The position numbers and the translations under genes are program-made. Under the pieces are notes generated by a model, which saw only the letters and a list, made by a program, of their open reading frames with translations, was not told the origin of the DNA and did not search any database. Positions 38,886 to 42,036 of a stretch of DNA of 42,036 nt are shown piece after piece (positions within the stretch are counted from its first letter, which is position 1; each line of letters opens with the position of its first letter). The stretch is from a virus, in IMG/VR virus record IMGVR_UViG_3300017446_000010, positions 1 to 42,036 of that record; one strand, 5' to 3'.

Positions 38886-39628
38886 CCCGGCCTCGCATCC
38901 TCGACCTATTCTGTTGCGCCGGTGGTGCTGGGAAAGGTTACCACGATGCTGGTTTTGATGTGTACGGTGTCGATATCAGGGTCCAACCGCGCTATCCTTT
39001 TGCCGCATATTATGGCGATGCAATCGAGGTGCTATCGGCACTTCTGCGCGGCGAAAAGATCGCGTTCAGGCATCGCGACGGCAGGGTCGAATATCTTGGC
39101 CTTTCGGATTTTGCAGCGATCCACGCCAGCCCGCCCTGCCAAGGCTACACTGCCATGCGGCACGCACCGGGGGCGAAGGGCGCGCCACGGCTGATCGGGC
39201 AAGTCCGCACTATGCTTGAGGCCAGTGGCCTGCCTTGGGTGATTGAGAACGTCGAGGAAGCCCGAAGCGAGATGCGTGAGCCTATAATGCTGTGCGGATC
39301 GGCGTTCGGATTGCAGTCGCACGGCTGCGAACTGCGCCGCCATCGCCTGTTCGAAAGCAATATCGCGCTCGCCTCACCCGGTTGCCAGCACGGAACGCTG
39401 CCCGTCGTCGGTGTCTACGGAGGGCATGCCCGCATTCGGTCGGCACGGCATGGCGGACGCACAACGCGTGACGCATGGCCGAACGGGCACAAACCAGTCG
39501 CAGCCGAAGCGATGGGCATGGATTGGGCGACGCTCGCGGAAATGAGCGAAGCGATACCGCCAGCCTACACCCGCCACATCGGCCTGCAATTGATAGCACA
39601 CCTCCAATCGCAAAGGCTCGCCGCATGA
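38882..39628 (+). CDS. DNA (cytosine-5) methyltransferase, compact, with no cognate nuclease
   Basis: Motif I ILDLFCCAGGAGKGY, motif IV HASPPCQGYT, motif VI VIENV. Confidence 0.85.
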   Translation: MTRPRILDLFCCAGGAGKGYHDAGFDVYGVDIRVQPRYPFAAYYGDAIEVLSALLRGEKIAFRHRDGRVEYLGLSDFAAIHASPPCQGYTAMRHAPGAKGAPRLIGQVRTMLEASGLPWVIENVEEARSEMREPIMLCGSAFGLQSHGCELRRHRLFESNIALASPGCQHGTLPVVGVYGGHARIRSARHGGRTTRDAWPNGHKPVAAEAMGMDWATLAEMSEAIPPAYTRHIGLQLIAHLQSQRLAA

Positions 39629-39912
39629 CCTCCGCATCGCGCAGCAAGGGGGAGGATGTGGCGAGCATCGCGTGGAGCCTTACGCTTGCACAGCGGGAAG
39701 TCGTTCTGGCCTTGGTCAACGCTGCATGGCGCAACTGGCCAGAGGATCGGCTGCGGTCGATGTGGGACGGTCTTGGCAAGCGCGGGCTGCACGATCTGTT
39801 TTTGCTGGGACTCGTCGAGCGCGGGCCACCCCGCATCCTGACGCAATCAGGTAAGCGCCTCGCAACCTATCTCGCAGCCCACCTCACAGATCAGGAAGGA
39901 CAGAACCGATGA
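39625..39912 (+). CDS. Hypothetical protein, 95 aa
   Basis: Internal ATG of the track ORF, overlapping the methylase stop (ATGA). Confidence 0.55.
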   Translation: MTSASRSKGEDVASIAWSLTLAQREVVLALVNAAWRNWPEDRLRSMWDGLGKRGLHDLFLLGLVERGPPRILTQSGKRLATYLAAHLTDQEGQNR

Positions 39913-40094
39913 GCATCGAGACAGCACGTCAGCAAGCAGCCAACACCTTCCCCGAGGGCGTACAGGACACGCTAGGCCGGGTGCATGAGAACATCCCTCG
40001 CCGCGCTGTCCTATCCGGGGCATGGGATAACGGATCCCTCGTACAGAGCTTTGTGACCGCGCTTGAGGGTGTGGCGGAGGTGGGGCACCCATGA
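39909..40094 (+). CDS. Hypothetical protein, 61 aa
   Basis: ATGA overlaps at both ends. Confidence 0.5.
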   Translation: MSIETARQQAANTFPEGVQDTLGRVHENIPRRAVLSGAWDNGSLVQSFVTALEGVAEVGHP

Positions 40095-40450
40095 CCTATG
40101 CCCATGAGCGGGCCAAGACGCCGGCACAGTGGTGCGCCGACTTCGCGGCCCGCGGCATCGATATGTCCGAGCGCACGCTGCGAGCTCGAGCCCGAAGCAT
40201 CGGATCCTATTTTACGCTCGGCAAGGCGATGCTGATCACGCCCGAGCAGATCGACCATATTCTAGAGGACGGTGCATGCCACTCGAACCCTACCCCCGCG
40301 GCAAGACGTGGTGGGTCAAAGGCCGGATCCAATTCAACGGCCGCGATGTTACCGGCTACCTCCGCGAAAGCACTGGCGCATCTACAGAAGCTGGCGCGCG
40401 GGAATGGATCGCAGAACGGCAGGCGCGGGAAGAGCGCCGCCAGGTCCTAG
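40091..40450 (+). CDS. Excisionase-like HTH protein; the ORF runs 175 nt into the integrase gene in another frame
   Basis: TPAQWCADFAARGIDMSERTLRARARSIGSYFTLGKAMLITPEQIDHIL resembles HTH_17/Xis. Lies immediately upstream of int. Confidence 0.4.
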   Translation: MTYAHERAKTPAQWCADFAARGIDMSERTLRARARSIGSYFTLGKAMLITPEQIDHILEDGACHSNPTPAARRGGSKAGSNSTAAMLPATSAKALAHLQKLARGNGSQNGRRGKSAARS

Positions 40451-41385
40451 GTCATGACGAAGCCGACGAGCGCGACTTCACGTTCAACGATGCCGTCGTG
40501 CTGTACCCCGCGACCGAGCAGACCGCGAAATACCTGATGCCGATCGTCGAGCGCATAGGCTCGCTGCCGGTGAAGAAGATCACGGCCAAGATGATCCGCG
40601 ATCTGGGCGCCTCGCTCTATCCGAAGAACTCCGCCGACACGTGGCGTCGCTGGGTCATCGCCCCTGCCCGTGCCGTCATCAACAATGCGAACGAGCTGGG
40701 CAAGTGCCCGCCGATCCGGATCACCGGCTACGACAAGGCAGAGCGGGTGCGGCAGGACCGCAACCGCGGCAAGGTCAGTCGTAAGCCGAAGGTGCCGAGC
40801 GATTGGTCTTGGATCCTCGCTTTCCGTGCCAAGGCGTCGAAGCGACACGGTGCGCTCGCCCTCTTCATGTTCACCACCGGTGCGCGCGTTGGTCAGGCTA
40901 CCGCCATGCACCCGAGCGCGATCGACCTTGACGCTGGTACGGCTATCATTCCGGGCGCAAAGGGCCATGAGGATCGCAAGGTGCAGCTTATGCCCGAGCT
41001 GATCGAGGAGCTGCGCAAGCTACCGGCGAAGATTCCGCGCGGCTGGGACCGGCGCTACGACGAGAACAGGCGCGTGTTCGGCTGGGCAAGCAAGGACGGC
41101 CCCCGCAAGGGCTGGATGACCGCCTGCGCCAAAGCCGGCATTCCCTACCTGCCCCCGCACTCTGCCGGCCGTCATGGTTTTGGGCAGGAGATGCGAGTGC
41201 GCCAAGGCGTCGATACCAAGTCGATCGAGAGCGTCGGTGGATGGTCCGCAAAGGGCGGGATGATCGACAAGATTTACACCCATGCCGAAGACAGCGACTC
41301 GAAGATTTTGGAAGCGCTTCGTACAGGTTACGTACAAGCCCAAGAAAAGACTGGCGTCAAACCCGCAGAAAAGGTAGATAAGTAG
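40276..41385 (+). CDS. int: Tyrosine integrase
   Basis: The ATG at 40276 follows GAGGA. Catalytic residues are in TGARVGQ (R), HSAGRHGF (HxxR) and KIYTH (Y). Confidence 0.9.
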   Translation: MPLEPYPRGKTWWVKGRIQFNGRDVTGYLRESTGASTEAGAREWIAERQAREERRQVLGHDEADERDFTFNDAVVLYPATEQTAKYLMPIVERIGSLPVKKITAKMIRDLGASLYPKNSADTWRRWVIAPARAVINNANELGKCPPIRITGYDKAERVRQDRNRGKVSRKPKVPSDWSWILAFRAKASKRHGALALFMFTTGARVGQATAMHPSAIDLDAGTAIIPGAKGHEDRKVQLMPELIEELRKLPAKIPRGWDRRYDENRRVFGWASKDGPRKGWMTACAKAGIPYLPPHSAGRHGFGQEMRVRQGVDTKSIESVGGWSAKGGMIDKIYTHAEDSDSKILEALRTGYVQAQEKTGVKPAEKVDK

Positions 41386-41397
41386 CCATGTTGATAG

Positions 41398-41447
41398 CTG
41401 CCCTCCGAAGGCAGAGGCCGCAGATTCGAATTCTGCCGGGTGCACCA
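41398..41447 (+). other. attP core: 3' 50 nt of a tRNA-Arg(CCG) gene (anticodon arm, variable loop, T arm, 3' acceptor strand and CCA)
   Basis: CTGCC-CTCCGAA-GGCAG / AGGCC / GCAGA-TTCGAAT-TCTGC / CGGGTGC-A-CCA. There is no matching 5' acceptor strand or D arm upstream. Lies 12 nt after the int stop. Confidence 0.75.
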
Positions 41448-41448
41448 C

Positions 41449-41463
41449 AAACCCTAGGGTTTT
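41449..41463 (+). terminator. Perfect palindrome AAACCCTAGGGTTT plus T, directly after the tRNA CCA end
   Basis: Read directly. Would form a short hairpin followed by Ts. Could terminate the tRNA reconstituted after integration. Confidence 0.35.
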
Positions 41464-41578
41464 CGCCCCCAACCTCGCGCCATCCCTGCACTTTGATGCA
41501 GCCGTTTACGCGCACAAAACCGGAACGCGCGTACAACCGCCGTACAGGTGATTTGCGCCCCGCGAATCGGGTGGCGTC

Positions 41579-41992
41579 ATGATCGTTGACCAAGCGCCCC
41601 CAGCACCTGTGGCATTCGCTCACCCGGATGGCCGCCATTGGTTCCGCATCGAGTATATCGACGGCATGTGGGAGGCCATCTGGCCCGAGGAAGGGCCACG
41701 GCGAGAATACTCCGACCGCATCCCAAAGGTGTCGCAGGTCTATTTCATTGGCCCTAAAAGGGGCCCGGTAAAGATCGGTGAGGCCACATGCCCACTGCAC
41801 CGATTGCGTTCGCTTCAGTGCGGCAACCACGAACAGCTGTATGTGCTGGCGACGTGTTCTGGCGGTCAAGCAGCTGAGCGTGAGTACCATCGCCGCTTCG
41901 CCAGCGCGCGCCTGCACGGCGAGTGGTTCGCCCCCACGCCCGAGATCGAAGCCGAGATTGCCCGCCTTAATGATCGGAGTGAAGCAGCATGA
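41579..41992 (+). CDS. T5orf172 / MUG113 (GIY-YIG-superfamily) domain protein
   Basis: VYFIGPKRGPVKIGEATCPLHRLRSLQCGNHEQLYVLA...EREYHRRFASARLHGEWF matches the T5orf172 consensus. Confidence 0.75.
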   Translation: MIVDQAPPAPVAFAHPDGRHWFRIEYIDGMWEAIWPEEGPRREYSDRIPKVSQVYFIGPKRGPVKIGEATCPLHRLRSLQCGNHEQLYVLATCSGGQAAEREYHRRFASARLHGEWFAPTPEIEAEIARLNDRSEAA

Positions 41993-42036
41993 GCCGGCCA
42001 ATCGATAAAAAGCACAACCTGTGGAAGCGAAAGCCA
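41914..42036. repeat. Terminal direct repeat copy 2 (identical to 1-123)
   Basis: Same 123-nt string as the window start. Confidence 0.95.

Larger units (their letters stand above)
1..42036. mobile_element. Complete temperate P22-like phage genome, circularly permuted; no host flanking genes
   Basis: Every region encodes phage functions: terminase, P22-type portal and coat, gp4/gp10/gp26 homologues, tailspike, lysis, immunity, Erf and integrase with attP. The window ends are identical, and the attachment site is a partial tRNA (attP state). Confidence 0.85.

Noticed and set aside
41341-41447. A full-length tRNA gene next to int
   Set aside because: Only the anticodon arm through CCA can be folded. 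Upstream sequence lacks the complementary 5' acceptor strand (GCACCCG) and a D arm, so this is an attP fragment rather than a functional tRNA.
41357-42001. 214-aa - strand ORF, and the 64-aa + ORF 41388..41582
   Set aside because: The first is antisense to the T5orf172 gene. The second runs through the tRNA fragment and palindrome. Both have junk-like composition.
1-42036. Complete known systems: CRISPR-Cas, restriction-modification pairs, DGR or retron (reverse transcriptase), toxin-antitoxin pairs
   Set aside because: No repeat-spacer array, Cas-like, RT-like or restriction-endonuclease-like ORF was recognised, and both methyltransferases are orphans. This rests on reading by eye only, so remote homologues could be missed.

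Overview
The window is a complete, circularly permuted genome of a temperate, high-GC, P22-like podovirus. The first 123 nt are identical to the last 123 nt, leaving about 41.9 kb of unique sequence, and there is no host flanking DNA. Several features point to an alphaproteobacterial host: a GapR/DUF2312 homologue, a GH108 endolysin and a tRNA-Arg(CCG) attachment site.

Two long transcription arms diverge from an immunity region at about 33.0-33.8 kb. This region holds a short XRE-type repressor flanked on both sides by ATTCGCA-N3-TGCGAAT operators.

- Leftward (- strand) arm: Cro-like gene, small early genes, GapR-like, VRR-NUC, and an HTH replication initiator carrying internal iterons. These are followed by a DPPY DNA methyltransferase, an NrdR-like zinc ribbon, DUF3307 and a Myb-like HTH. 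Next come TerS/TerL, the P22-type portal, scaffold and coat, and extra fibre and enzyme genes. The arm finishes with gp4/gp10/gp26-like tail hub and needle proteins, GNAT, ejection proteins, tailspike and a lysis cassette ending at 2175.
- Rightward (+ strand) arm: small early ORFs, Erf recombinase, HNH-like and NinB-like genes, a C5 cytosine methyltransferase, an Xis-like gene, tyrosine integrase and attP (the 3' 50 nt of tRNA-Arg). It continues across the circular junction into a translationally chained accessory operon headed by a T5orf172-domain gene and ending at 1790.

The arms converge on a 384-bp non-coding, hairpin-rich region. Nearly all gene junctions are ATGA/GTGA overlaps.

The items most worth follow-up are:
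- the attP-proximal accessory operon;
- a divergent pair of signal-peptide carbohydrate-active enzyme genes, plus a second opposite-strand moron, inside the tail module;
- a 38-aa membrane peptide coupled to the repressor;
- a polyproline-ending leader ORF in the lysis cassette;
- an ejection-protein gene with no canonical start codon.

All product calls come from motif recognition by eye. No database search was run.
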